Source: an uncultured Actinomycetota bacterium (lineage in GTDB: Bacteria; Actinomycetota; Actinomycetes; Mycobacteriales; Pseudonocardiaceae). Taken from it: a stretch of 64,000 nucleotides of DNA. Below the pieces are notes generated by a model, which searched no databases, had not been told where the DNA came from, and was given only the letters and a program-made list of their open reading frames with translations. The stretch lies in contig CAVRHG010000001.1 in NCBI GenBank assembly GCA_963720845.1, forward strand, positions 14,487 to 78,486. The letters run 5' to 3'. Positions within the stretch are counted from its first letter, which is position 1. Every line of letters starts with the position of its first letter. Both the position numbers and the translations under genes were made by a program. Of this stretch, positions 30,519 through 43,258 are shown in pieces.

Positions 30519-31472
30519 TCAGGCGCTCGCGTGCGCCAGCAGCCGCACCTCGTCGTCGGTCAGCTTGAGGTCCAGCACCGGCAGTAGGTCCGCCAGCTGC
30601 TCGGTGTTCCGGGCGCTCGCGATCGGCGCCACGACCGTCGACTGCGCCGCGAGCCACGCCAGTGCCACCGCCGCGACCGTGATCTTGGTTCCCGTGGCTA
30701 CCTCGTGCCCGGCGGCGATCTCGTCGAGCACGGCCAGCACCGCCCGTCCCCGGTCGTCGAGGTAGGTGAGTGCCCCCTGCGCGCGCGGGCTGTCGACCTC
30801 GGGGCCGCTGTCGCGGTACTTGCCGGTGAGGAACCCCTTCGCCAGCCCGTAGTAGGGCACGCTCGACAGGCCCTCCGCCTGCAGGAGCGGCTGTAGGGAC
30901 GCCTCGAAATCGGCCCGCTCCATCAGGTTGTAGTGCGGCTGCAACGCGACGAACTCGGCCAGCCCGTCCCGCCGCGAGATCTCCAGGGCGCTGCGCAACC
31001 GCTCGGCGGTGAAGTTCGAGGCCGCGATCGCCCGGACCTTGCCTGCGCGCACGAGGGCGTCGAAGGCGTCCAGGTACTCCTCCTGCGCGACGTTCTGGTC
31101 GTCGTAGTGGGCGTAGTAGAGGTCGATGTGGTCGGTCTGCAGGCGCCGCAGCGAGTCGTCGCACGCAGCGGCGATGTTGGCCGCGGCCAGGCCCTTACGC
31201 GTGGGCAGCGACGACACCTTGGTCGCCAGTACGACGTCGTCGCGGCGCCCGCGCGCCGCGAACCACTCGCCGATGATCGTCTCGGACTCGCCGCCCGAGT
31301 TGCCGGGGACCCGCCACATGTACGAGTCGGCGGTGTCGACGAAGTTCCCGCCCGCTGCGACGTAGGCGTCGAGCACGGCGAACGACGTGTCGCGGTCGGC
31401 CGTCCAGCCGAAGACGTTGGCCCCCAGGCAGAGCCGGGAGACCTCGATGCCGCTGGATCCGATGGTTGCCAT
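30519..31472 (-). CDS. Aldo/keto reductase
   Basis: LCLGANVFG, GGNFVDTADSY, SLRRLQTDHIDLY. Confidence 0.95.
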   Translation of the reverse strand: MATIGSSGIEVSRLCLGANVFGWTADRDTSFAVLDAYVAAGGNFVDTADSYMWRVPGNSGGESETIIGEWFAARGRRDDVVLATKVSSLPTRKGLAAANIAAACDDSLRRLQTDHIDLYYAHYDDQNVAQEEYLDAFDALVRAGKVRAIAASNFTAERLRSALEISRRDGLAEFVALQPHYNLMERADFEASLQPLLQAEGLSSVPYYGLAKGFLTGKYRDSGPEVDSPRAQGALTYLDDRGRAVLAVLDEIAAGHEVATGTKITVAAVALAWLAAQSTVVAPIASARNTEQLADLLPVLDLKLTDDEVRLLAHASA

Positions 31473-31546
31473 GCCGCGAGACTACGATCACCCGTCAGGG
31501 TGCGTCCCGCGGATCATTCGGCCGGCTGCGGGCCGCCGTTGAGGGC

Positions 31547-31573
31547 TTGGCACTCTCATGGGTAGAGTGCCAA
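31547..31573. promoter_or_regulatory. CIRCE element (HrcA operator)
   Basis: TTGGCACTC-N9-GAGTGCCAA upstream of groES. Confidence 0.95.
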
Positions 31574-31692
31574 TGCGAGGGCCGACCGGGCGTCCCGGCA
31601 CCCGCGACGACGGGGCGCTGCCGGACCGGCTGCTCGCGACACGACATCACGTCAGGACATCGCACGCACCCCAGGGAAGGGGAGGTCATCAA

Positions 31693-31983
31693 GTGGCGAA
31701 CATCAAGCCGCTCGAGGACAAGATCGTCGTTCAGGCCAGTGAGGCCGAGACCACCACCGCGTCGGGCATCGTCATCCCCGACACGGCCAAGGAGAAGCCG
31801 CAGGAGGGCAAGGTCCTCGCGGTGGGCCCGGGTCGCATCGACGACAACGGCAACCGCATTCCGCTCGACGTGCAGGTCGGCGACGTCGTCATCTACAGCA
31901 AGTACGGCGGCACCGAGGTGAAGTACAACGGCGAGGAGTACCTCATCCTCTCCGCTCGCGACGTCCTCGCGGTCGTCAACTGA
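31693..31983 (+). CDS. groES: Co-chaperonin GroES
   Basis: [28 protein letters not shown]. Confidence 0.99.
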   Translation: MANIKPLEDKIVVQASEAETTTASGIVIPDTAKEKPQEGKVLAVGPGRIDDNGNRIPLDVQVGDVVIYSKYGGTEVKYNGEEYLILSARDVLAVVN

Positions 31984-32049
31984 CGCTCGCTTCGTAGAGC
32001 CTCGTGCCCTTTTCCCCCAGCCTCACGGCCGGGGCTCGAAGAGGGCTCG

Positions 32050-32094
32050 CACCGCCCCGGCGGTCCGTCGACCGGACGGGCTGCCGGGGCGGTG
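32050..32094 (+). terminator. Strong hairpin in the groES-groEL spacer
   Basis: caccgccccggcggtccgtc / gacgggctgccggggcggtg. Confidence 0.65.
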
Positions 32095-32135
32095 TCGTTC
32101 CCCTGACGTCGTTCCCCTGACGTCGTTCCCCTGAC
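32094..32135 (+). repeat. 14-bp perfect tandem repeat x3
   Basis: GTCGTTCCCCTGAC x3. Confidence 0.95.
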
Positions 32136-32142
32136 CCCATAG

Positions 32143-33777
<1,635 letters not shown>

Positions 33778-33795
33778 CCGCGTCCGAAACATGCC

Positions 33796-33832
33796 CCGGT
33801 GCGGGTGGGCCGGCTCGGCTCACCCGCACCGG
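33796..33832. terminator. Hairpin between convergent groEL1 and whiD
   Basis: ccggtgcgggtgggccg-gct-cggctcacccgcaccgg. Confidence 0.8.
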
Positions 33833-33847
33833 CGTCTCCGGCCTCGG

Positions 33848-34183
33848 TCAGCGCTCGGCGACCGGGCGGGCGCGGTGCAGCGGCGTCACGGCCACCCGCA
33901 GCCGACGCGTGTGTCCGCGGATGATCTCGTCGCGCTCGGCCTCTGAGAGCCCGCCCCACACCCCGTAGGGTTCGTGCACCGCCAGAGCGTGCCGGCGGCA
34001 CTGCTCCAGCACCGGGCACGTCCCGCAGATCTGCTTCGCCCGGGCCTCCCGGTTGGCCCGAGCCGGCCCCCGCTCACCCTCCGGGTGGAAGAAAAAGCCG
34101 CTGTCCATCCCGCGGCAGGCGCCGTGCATCTGCCAGTCCCAGATGTCCGTCACCGGAACTGGAAGCCTTCGGATGTCCGCCAT
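33848..34183 (-). CDS. whiD: WhiB-family Fe-S regulator WhiB3/WhiD
   Basis: WDWQMHGAC, CGTCPVLEQC, YGVWGG. Confidence 0.95.
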   Translation of the reverse strand: MADIRRLPVPVTDIWDWQMHGACRGMDSGFFFHPEGERGPARANREARAKQICGTCPVLEQCRRHALAVHEPYGVWGGLSEAERDEIIRGHTRRLRVAVTPLHRARPVAER

Positions 34184-34544
34184 CCCACTCACCCTGCCCG
34201 TCCACCCAGGTCCTGCCCGACAGTCGTGGTGATGTCCACCGTAGAACCGTGTCAAACCTTGTTCAAGGAAATCGACACGCGGATTTTCGTCGCGCGCCAC
34301 GACCTCTGCCGAGCTGTCCGACGCGACGGGGAGCGCCCGCGGCCAGTCGTGTCCGCAGGTGGAAACGACTATCCCTGCACCCCCCACGACGCAGGGAGCC
34401 GCCGGACGCACCCCGCCGCGGCCCGGCCCGGTACTCCGGACCGGGACGTGCAGCGCGGACGATCGATCGCTGCCGTATGGTGATTCGGCGCCGGAAGCAG
34501 CGCGGATGGCCGCCCACGAAGAAAATCGAGGCCTCGGTGGAGAT

Positions 34545-35555
34545 GTGGACGAGCCCCGCCTGACGGTCTCCGGAGCGGCCCGCAGGCTCGGCATCGCGCC
34601 GGCGACCCTGCGCACCTGGGACCGCCGGTACGGGATCGGGCCCAGCGGGCACTCCCATGGGCGGCACCGCCGCTACTCGGCAGCCGACATGGCCCGCCTG
34701 GAGCTCATGCAGCGCGCCCTCATGCAGGGGGCCGCGCCCGCGGAGGCCGCCCGCTACGCCCGCAACAGCGTCCCGGCGCTGCGCCCGGAGCCCGGCCCGA
34801 CGGCGACCGCTGAGGACGAGGTGCCGGCACCCGAGCGAGCCGATTGTCCCGGCTCCGGGGCGGTCGTCCTGCCGGTACCGATGCTCCTCGGTCGGGGTGG
34901 GGGCGGAGCATCGCTGCGGATGCCCGGTGCCGGGCCCCGGGCCCGCGGGCTCGGCCGGGCCGCACTGGCGATGGACCCGATAGCGGTGAACCACGTGGTG
35001 GAGGACTCGATCGCCGCGGACGGGCTGGTCGCCACGTGGGACGAGGTCGCGCGCCCGGTGCTGGCCGCGGTCGGGGACCGCTGGGCGGCCACCGGTCGTG
35101 GCGTGGAGGTGGAGCACCTGCTCAGCCAGTGCCTCGTCGGGGTGTTCGGCACCCGGACGACCGCCGTAGCCGCGCCGGCGGACCCCGTGCCCACCCCGAC
35201 GCGCCCGGTCCTGCTCGCCGCGATGCCGACCGAGTTGCACGTCGTCCCGCTCGCCGTGCTCGCGGCGCTGCTGGCGGAGCGGGGGGTCGGCTGCCGCTCG
35301 CTCGGGGCCGCCCTGCCCGCCGACGCCCTCGCCGCCGCCGTGCGCCGGACCGCGCCCGCCGCGGTCGTGCTCTGGTCCCAACTCCCCTCGACTGCTGACC
35401 CGACCGTCGTCACCGGGCTGCCGGTCACCCGCCCTCGCTACCGGACCTTCGTCGCCGGCCCCGGCTGGGACGGCACCGCGCTGCCGTCGGGGGTGGGCGT
35501 GCTCCGCTCTCTCGTCGACGCGGGCGAACGGATCGGTGCCGCCGTACTCCGGTGA
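34545..35555 (+). CDS. MerR-family regulator with B12-binding-like domain (CarH/LitR-like)
   Basis: TLRTWDRRYG HTH; W-x9-EH; ELH; start uncertain. Confidence 0.85.
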   Translation: MDEPRLTVSGAARRLGIAPATLRTWDRRYGIGPSGHSHGRHRRYSAADMARLELMQRALMQGAAPAEAARYARNSVPALRPEPGPTATAEDEVPAPERADCPGSGAVVLPVPMLLGRGGGGASLRMPGAGPRARGLGRAALAMDPIAVNHVVEDSIAADGLVATWDEVARPVLAAVGDRWAATGRGVEVEHLLSQCLVGVFGTRTTAVAAPADPVPTPTRPVLLAAMPTELHVVPLAVLAALLAERGVGCRSLGAALPADALAAAVRRTAPAAVVLWSQLPSTADPTVVTGLPVTRPRYRTFVAGPGWDGTALPSGVGVLRSLVDAGERIGAAVLR

Positions 35556-35630
35556 GCGAGCGCAGCGAGCGAACCAGTGTCACAGCGCTTCGCGAAGCGT
35601 GCGACCAAGTGCAGCGAGGGAGTGCGGTGA
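35552..35630 (+). mobile_element. MIRU-like element, degenerate 75-bp copy
   Basis: GTGA overlaps the MerR stop; gtgagcgagcgcagcgagcgaaccagtgtcacagcgcttcgcgaagcg...gagggagtgcggtga. Confidence 0.85.
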
Positions 35631-35978
35631 GTGGCAATGGCCGGCGCCGTCGTCCAACGAGCCCCTGTCCGATTGCGCACGTATCTTCCCGAGTGAAGAT
35701 CGCCGGGCGGTCGGTTCACCGCGTTGGCTGACCTCGACCGGAGCAATGACGTCCTCGGCAAGCGCCTGATGGGGGAGTCCCTGCACGGCCTCGTGTGGCA
35801 CTCGGTAGTCTGGCTACTCCATTCGAAGTGCTGTCACCCACATGACAGGCGCCGTTCGGCGCTTCGCTCTTCGAACGGGGGCACAAACCACCCTGATCGT
35901 GTCAAGGTGAGGCGGTCACTCGCCGATGCGTGGGGTGACACATCACCCGGCTGCAGGAAGCTGCAGGAAGGAATCGTC

Positions 35979-36575
35979 GTGACGACGGTACTGATCTGCG
36001 ACGATCGTCGCAGCGTCCGCGAAGGCCTGACGCGCGTGATGTCGGCGGTCCCGGGAGTCCACCGGATCGACTGCGTCGCGCACGGGGACGAGTTGCTGGC
36101 CCGGTTCTCCCGGCAGCCGGTGGACGTCGTTCTGGTCGGCACCCAGCGTGCCGTACCGACCGGGGTGGAGGCGACGCGTCGGCTCGTCGCGGCGCACCCC
36201 CAGGCGAACGTCATCGTCTTCGGCGCCCCGGACGACGCGGGCAGCATCGCCGCCGCCATCGCCGGCGGTGCCCGCGGCTACCTGCGCTGGGACGCCTCGC
36301 GCCCGGAGCTGGTCGCCGCCCTGGCGCACACGCTGGCGAGCACCGCGGTGCCGACGCCGCGCACGCCCGCCGACCCGGGGGTGCAGCTGACCGAGCGGGA
36401 GCTGCAGGTCCTGCGCGGGATGAGCCAGGGCAAGAGCAACGGCCAGATCGGCCGTGAGCTCTACCTCTCCGAGGACACCGTGAAGACCCACGCGCGCCGA
36501 CTGTTCCGCAAGCTGGGTGTGCGGGACCGTGCGCAGGCCGTCGCACACGGTTTCCGCCGCGGCCTGGTGTCCTGA
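35979..36575 (+). CDS. bldM: Orphan LuxR/NarL-type response regulator, BldM-like
   Basis: VLICDD receiver; LSEDTVKTHARRLFRKLG...DRAQAVA; whiD-bldM-ECF-guaB synteny. Confidence 0.85.
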   Translation: MTTVLICDDRRSVREGLTRVMSAVPGVHRIDCVAHGDELLARFSRQPVDVVLVGTQRAVPTGVEATRRLVAAHPQANVIVFGAPDDAGSIAAAIAGGARGYLRWDASRPELVAALAHTLASTAVPTPRTPADPGVQLTERELQVLRGMSQGKSNGQIGRELYLSEDTVKTHARRLFRKLGVRDRAQAVAHGFRRGLVS

Positions 36576-36770
36576 ACGAAGCAGCGCCGCCTGCCTCCCT
36601 GCGCCCCGGGCCGGTCCTCCGGTTCGGGGCGTTGTGGCGTCCGCCTCGTCACTCGACGTGCGGCGCAGGTCGGCGCCTGCGCGCCGGGCGGGAGGTCGTC
36701 CCGATCGCGTGCCGTGTCCGGCCCGGTGGTGGTGGCCCGCTACTGTGGAGGGACTTCCGAGGCGCAGAAC

Positions 36771-36785
36771 GTTACTCTGCGTGAT
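36771..36785. promoter_or_regulatory. Candidate BldD box
   Basis: GTTACTCTGCGTGAT fits NTNACNC(A/T)GNGTNAN. Confidence 0.55.
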
Positions 36786-36818
36786 CGGGCTCACGATCGG
36801 ACCACAGCCACGATGCCT

Positions 36819-36847
36819 GGTAACGCTCCCACAACAGTGCGCGATGA
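36819..36847 (+). promoter_or_regulatory. SigD/ShbA-type ECF promoter (autoregulatory)
   Basis: GGTAAC-17 nt-CGATGA. Confidence 0.6.
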
Positions 36848-37422
36848 GTGACACGACAGACGTTCCCGACGATCTGGTCGCGGCCGCCATGACCGGCGAC
36901 CGGGAAGCCGTGGGACGTGTGCTGGCCATCATCCGGCCGCTGGTCGTGCGCTACTGCCGCGCCCGCCTCGGCGCGCCGGACCGGTCGTCCGCCTCGGCGG
37001 ACGACGTCGCGCAGGAGGTGTGCTTGGCCGTGTTGACGGCCCTGCCCGGGTACCGCGTCCAGGGGAAGCCGTTCCTGGCGTTCGTGTACGGGATTGCGGC
37101 ACACAAGGTGATCGACGCGCACCGCGCGTCGTCGCGTAACCGTTCGGAGCCCGTCGCCGACGTCCCCGATGCGGTCGAGGTCTCCGACGGCCCGGAGCAG
37201 CGGGCGCTGCGTGTCGAACTGTCCGGCGAGATGGGCAGGCTGCTCGACCAGCTACCCGACAAGCAGCGTGAGATCCTCGTCCTGCGTGTGGTGGTCGGCC
37301 TGTCGGCCGAGGAGACGGCGGAGGCGGTGGGCTCGACACCGGGTGCGGTGCGCGTGGCGCAACACCGGGCGCTGGCCCGCCTCCGCAAGAGCATGCCCGA
37401 GGGGAGTGACCTGCATGCCTGA
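36844..37422 (+). CDS. sigD: ECF sigma factor SigD/ShbA
   Basis: VVRYCRARLG, ADDVAQEVC, GAVRVAQHRALARLR. Confidence 0.93.
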   Translation: MSDTTDVPDDLVAAAMTGDREAVGRVLAIIRPLVVRYCRARLGAPDRSSASADDVAQEVCLAVLTALPGYRVQGKPFLAFVYGIAAHKVIDAHRASSRNRSEPVADVPDAVEVSDGPEQRALRVELSGEMGRLLDQLPDKQREILVLRVVVGLSAEETAEAVGSTPGAVRVAQHRALARLRKSMPEGSDLHA

Positions 37423-38698
37423 CGAACGGAACGGCGCACCCGCGGGGCCGCCGACTCCCTTCGATCGGGCGCGCGGAACCAACGGCGTCCCCTCCCAGGG
37501 CCGGCACTCCAACGGCGTCCCCCAGCGCCCTGTCGACCTGCCGACGCGATCGCTGCCGGTCGACGTCTCGGACGGCCCCATCGATCTGGTCGCCGTGCAG
37601 GCGGACGACGAGCTGGTGAACGCCCTCGGCGCCGGTGCGGTCGTCACCTACGGTGATCGTGCCCGCGGCTCCGACCCGGACCTGCGGCGGACCCGCGACG
37701 AGCGTGTCGTTGCGATGCTGGCCGCCTGGCGGGCCGAGATCGAGGCCGAGCCGATCCCCGAACTGATCGACCTCGACACCGCCGTCGCCGCCGTCGTGGC
37801 CGGGGTGAAGGCGGACGCCGCGGGAACGCGGCGGAAGCGGGCCGCCCGGCTGCGCCACCTCGCTCCGCTGGCGGCGGCCGCGGCCATCATCGTGGCGACG
37901 GTCACCGGGGTCGGTCTCGGGTCGCAGAACGCGCTGCCGGGCGACACTCTGTGGCCCGTCCAGAAGGTGGTCAACCCCGACCGCGCCGAGTCCGTCGAGG
38001 CGAAGCTGGTTGTCGAGAGCCGGTTCGAGGCGGTGCGCACGGCACTGGCCAGCGGCGACACGGAGACCGCTGCCCGCGAGCTGCAGGCGATCGGCACCGA
38101 GATCCCCGCGGTCCGGGGCGAGGAGGGGCAGCCGCAGCTCGTCCAGGAGCAGGAGTTCCTGGCCGCGAAGCTGGCCGATACGCCGCCGGGCGAGCCCGCG
38201 GACCTGTCGACGCCGCCGAAGAGCAAGCCGAGCGCCCGCTCGACCGCGTCGGCCGCCGCGCCGCCGTCCTCGTCGGCCTCCGCGTCCAGCTCGTCGTCGC
38301 AGTCGGCGGTCCCGGACGACCCCTCCCAGTCGAAGTCCGTCGGCCCGGACGTCCGGCGAGAGCGGAGGCCGAGCGAGGCGCTCGTCCCGGCACCCGCCTC
38401 GGGGTCGGGTTCGGACAAGCCGTCGACGCCGGACTCCGGTTCGTCCGCCCCGGACGTGACGAAGCAACCCGACGAGCCGAAGCCGGCCCCGGAGAACACC
38501 GAGGGCTCGACGGATCCGATCACCAAGCCCGCACCGTCGTCCGGCGCCCAGCCGGTGTCGGAGGGTGGCACGAGGCAGCCGGCGGCGGGCGGTGCGAAGG
38601 ACGGGACCAGCTCCTCGGACACCACGGCGTCCGGAACGACCGCGTCCGGGTCGGCCGGGACGAAGGTCGACGCGACCGGGACGACCACCACGAGCTGA
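37415..38698 (+). CDS. rsdA: Anti-sigma-D factor with S/P-rich extracellular tail
   Basis: DLVAVQADDELVNAL, LAAWRAE, TM, ALPGDTLW. Confidence 0.85.
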   Translation: MPDERNGAPAGPPTPFDRARGTNGVPSQGRHSNGVPQRPVDLPTRSLPVDVSDGPIDLVAVQADDELVNALGAGAVVTYGDRARGSDPDLRRTRDERVVAMLAAWRAEIEAEPIPELIDLDTAVAAVVAGVKADAAGTRRKRAARLRHLAPLAAAAAIIVATVTGVGLGSQNALPGDTLWPVQKVVNPDRAESVEAKLVVESRFEAVRTALASGDTETAARELQAIGTEIPAVRGEEGQPQLVQEQEFLAAKLADTPPGEPADLSTPPKSKPSARSTASAAAPPSSSASASSSSSQSAVPDDPSQSKSVGPDVRRERRPSEALVPAPASGSGSDKPSTPDSGSSAPDVTKQPDEPKPAPENTEGSTDPITKPAPSSGAQPVSEGGTRQPAAGGAKDGTSSSDTTASGTTASGSAGTKVDATGTTTTS

Positions 38699-38704
38699 CC
38701 GCAC

Positions 38705-38746
38705 ACGGAAACGGCCCCCTCCCATCGGGGAGGGGGCCGTTTCCGT
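38705..38746. terminator. Hairpin between convergent rsdA and DUF5319 gene
   Basis: acggaaacggccccctccc / gggagggggccgtttccgt. Confidence 0.88.
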
Positions 38747-38759
38747 TGCTCGGTCCGGC

Positions 38760-39137
38760 TCAGCCGTCGGAGAGCACCGCGTCCGCGTAACCGCGGCAGT
38801 ACTCCCAGCTGACGTACTCGACGGGGTCCGGGTCGAACGCCGGCTCGTGCGGGCGCATGTGACCCTCCTCGAGCAGCTGCTGCAGGCTGGCCCGCAGCAG
38901 GCTCCACTCGTGGAAGTGCTGCTCGCCGCAGTCCGCGCAGTCCACGACGATCCCGCGCACCCCGCGGGACTCGAGGAGCGCCTGGTATACGGCCAGGTCG
39001 GCCAGGTCGGCCACGACCTCGTCCCGCTCGGCCTCGCTCATTTCCTCGGGCTCCTCCGGTGCGGGGGCATCGAGGGAGAGCGCCGGGTCGTGCGGGTCGC
39101 CGGCGAAGGGATCTGGCGGCAGTGCGTCCGATGACAC
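38760..39137 (-). CDS. DUF5319 family protein (Rv3412-like)
   Basis: LPPDPFAGDP, VDCADC, YVSWEYCRGY. Confidence 0.88.
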   Translation of the reverse strand: MSSDALPPDPFAGDPHDPALSLDAPAPEEPEEMSEAERDEVVADLADLAVYQALLESRGVRGIVVDCADCGEQHFHEWSLLRASLQQLLEEGHMRPHEPAFDPDPVEYVSWEYCRGYADAVLSDG

Positions 39138-39377
39138 AACACGCAGGGTACTCGCCTCCACCGACGCCATACCCGCGCGTGCGGGGCGCGTCCCGGTGTC
39201 CGCCTGACGGCGCCCAGCCGCAAGCCGCCGAGCTCGCCGACTCCACAGGGGACCGGCGGTCCCGCCGAGGGGCATCGCCTGACGACCGCGTCCCGCAGCG
39301 GATCGATACGATGGCGTGAACGGGATCGTCCCCGGTCCCGGCTCAGATCGACTTCTCGGCGACACGAGCGCCGGTGA

Positions 39378-40898
<1,521 letters not shown>

Positions 40899-40919
40899 CC
40901 CCACCTACGCTGCTACTCC

Positions 40920-42047
40920 GTGCGTGACCTCGTGGAGATCGGAATGGGCCGGACGGCCCGCCGCGGCTACGACCTGTCGCAGGTCGAGATCGTGCCTTCG
41001 CGGCGCACGCGCAGCTCCAAGGAGGTCTCCACCGCCTGGCAGCTCGACGCCTACCGCTTCGAGATCCCCTTGGTGACGCACCCGACGGACGCCGTCGTGT
41101 CCCCGGCGAACGCCGTGCGGGTCGGCAAGCTGGGCGCTCTCGGGGTGCTCAACGCCGAGGGGCTGTGGGCCCGGCACGCCGACGCCGAGGGTGCGCTGGC
41201 GCGGGTCGTCGAGGCGGCGGCGTCGGACGACCCGGACGCCGCGGTGAGCACCCTGCAGGAGCTGCACGCCGCCCCGATCCGCGAAGACCTGCTCACCGAG
41301 GCGCTGCGGACCGTGCGGGACGCCGGCGTGACCGTCGCGGCGCGGGTGAGCCCGCAGCGGGCCCGCGAGCTGGCGCCGCTGCTGCTTGCCGCGGGCGTCG
41401 AGGTGCTGGTCGTGCAGGGCACGATCATCTCGGCCGAGCACGTCTCGACCGGCGAGCCGCTCAACCTCAAGGACTTCATCGCCTCCCTGGAGATCCCGGT
41501 GGTGGCGGGCGGGGTCGGCGACTACCGCACCGCGATGCACCTCATGCGCACCGGTGCGGCAGGCGTGATCGTCGGGTACGGCGAGTCGTCGGCGACGACG
41601 ACGGACGCGGTGCTCGGCATCGGGGTCCCCATGGCGACCGCGATCGTGGACGCCGCGGCCGCGCGGCGCGACTACCTCGACGAGACCGGCGGCCGCTACG
41701 TCCACGTCATCGCGGACGGCGGGATGGACCACTCCGGCGACCTGGCCAAGGCGATCGCCTGCGGCGCGGACGCGGTGATGCTGGGCGAGCAGCTCACGGA
41801 GGCCGCCGACGCGCCCGGCCGCGGTCTGTACTGGACCTCCGCGGCGGCGCACCCGTCCCTGCCCCGCTCGGAGGTGACGGGCTTCGGCGGCCCGGGTGCG
41901 CGAGACCTGGAGACCGTGCTGTTCGGCCCGTCGAGCACCCCGAACGGCACCGTCGATCTGTTCGGGGCCCTGCGGCGCGCGATGGCGAAGACGGGCTACT
42001 CGGACCTGAAGGAGTTCCAGCGCGTCGGGCTCACGGTCTGCAGCTGA
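40920..42047 (+). CDS. guaB3: GuaB3-family IMPDH-related protein
   Basis: VEIGMGRTARR, LHLMRTGAAG-like, RRDYLDETGGRYVHVIADG. Confidence 0.95.
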   Translation: MRDLVEIGMGRTARRGYDLSQVEIVPSRRTRSSKEVSTAWQLDAYRFEIPLVTHPTDAVVSPANAVRVGKLGALGVLNAEGLWARHADAEGALARVVEAAASDDPDAAVSTLQELHAAPIREDLLTEALRTVRDAGVTVAARVSPQRARELAPLLLAAGVEVLVVQGTIISAEHVSTGEPLNLKDFIASLEIPVVAGGVGDYRTAMHLMRTGAAGVIVGYGESSATTTDAVLGIGVPMATAIVDAAAARRDYLDETGGRYVHVIADGGMDHSGDLAKAIACGADAVMLGEQLTEAADAPGRGLYWTSAAAHPSLPRSEVTGFGGPGARDLETVLFGPSSTPNGTVDLFGALRRAMAKTGYSDLKEFQRVGLTVCS

Positions 42048-42055
42048 GCCGCGCC

Positions 42056-42538
42056 GTGATCGCGCCGTCAGGCCCGTCGTCCGTCCCCGGGGCCGTCCGC
42101 TCGGTCGTGGCGGCCCTCGTCGTCGGCACCGTGACCGCCTGCGGCGCACCCGAGCGGGCGGCACCCGTCGTCGTGCGCAGTGCACCGGTCCTCCCGACCC
42201 CGACCACCTCGGCGGCACCGGTGCCGGCAGGCCCCTCGGTGACCGAGATCGCCGACGCGCTCGGGGCGATCCGCACCCTCCGGCATCCACGGGACAACAC
42301 CGGGTCCTGCGCGGTCGTGGCGGGGTGCCGGGGGTTGATCACAGCAGGCGAGGTGTCGATCTACGAGTGGCCGGACGTCACGGCCGCGCCGCGGTACGTC
42401 GGGGAAGGCTCGGGAAACGCGGACCGGATCGGTCGCTGGGTGCTGAGCTACCGCACCCGCGAGCAGCGCTCCACCCCAGTCACGGTGCGCGCGGCGTTCG
42501 CGCAACGGGTGCGGACGATGGTCGGGCCGACGGCCTGA
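42056..42538 (+). CDS. Hypothetical lipoprotein
   Basis: Lipobox VTAC; P/T-rich linker; Cys pair. Confidence 0.65.
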   Translation: MIAPSGPSSVPGAVRSVVAALVVGTVTACGAPERAAPVVVRSAPVLPTPTTSAAPVPAGPSVTEIADALGAIRTLRHPRDNTGSCAVVAGCRGLITAGEVSIYEWPDVTAAPRYVGEGSGNADRIGRWVLSYRTREQRSTPVTVRAAFAQRVRTMVGPTA

Positions 42539-42550
42539 CGCCACCCCGCC

Positions 42551-43258
42551 GTGCAGTGGAAACGCCGCCGGGGCGCCGCGGGTTTCGGTACCGTCGGGCT
42601 GGTGCCCCTCGCCGACCGCACGCTGCTCCCCGACGGGGCCCGCTGGGCCGCGTCGGCGGTCGCGGTGCTCGCGGCGACGGTCGTCGCGGTCCTCGCCGTG
42701 CGCTACGCGGGTGACCACGCCCCCGGCCGGGTCGACGGCCACCTCGACCGCGCGGTCGACGCGCTCCCGGCGGCCGGGGACGGGTTCATGCGGGCCATCA
42801 CCGTGCTCGGCTCGCCGGCGGTCGTCACCATCTCCGCGACCGTGCTCGCCCTGGTCTGCCTCGTGGCCGGCGCCCCGCGGGCGGCGGTGCTCGCGGTCGG
42901 CGGTCCCGGGCTGACCGGGCTGATCACCACCTTCGGGAAGCCGATCGTCGACCGGACCATCGGTCGCGACGACACTTTCGCGTTCCCGAGCGGGCACACC
43001 GGCGGCGCCACGTCGTTGATCCTGGTGTGCGCCCTGCTCCTGGCCGCCGCATTCGGTCTACGGGCGCGCGGTACGGCGGTGTTCGCCGCGGCGAGCGCGG
43101 TCGTGGTGGGAGGCGCAGTGGGCACGGGCATGGTGGCGCTCGGCTCGCATTACCCGACCGACGTCGTGGGCGGCTTCTGCACGGCGGTCGCCTCGGTGCT
43201 CGTCGTCGCGCTGGTGCTCGACGCCGCCGTGCTCCGCAGACGCGCGGGCGTCCTGTAA
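42551..43258 (+). CDS. PAP2-family membrane phosphatase
   Basis: FPSGH and HYPTDVVGG motifs; TM helices. Confidence 0.9.
   Translation: MQWKRRRGAAGFGTVGLVPLADRTLLPDGARWAASAVAVLAATVVAVLAVRYAGDHAPGRVDGHLDRAVDALPAAGDGFMRAITVLGSPAVVTISATVLALVCLVAGAPRAAVLAVGGPGLTGLITTFGKPIVDRTIGRDDTFAFPSGHTGGATSLILVCALLLAAAFGLRARGTAVFAAASAVVVGGAVGTGMVALGSHYPTDVVGGFCTAVASVLVVALVLDAAVLRRRAGVL

Noticed and set aside
32094-32135. GTCGTTCCCC repeats resembling the start of type I-E CRISPR repeats
   Set aside because: 14-bp head-to-tail units with no spacers or internal palindrome.
35631-35978. BldD/BldM boxes upstream of bldM
   Set aside because: Several TCAC/GTGA half-sites are present, but none has consensus spacing.
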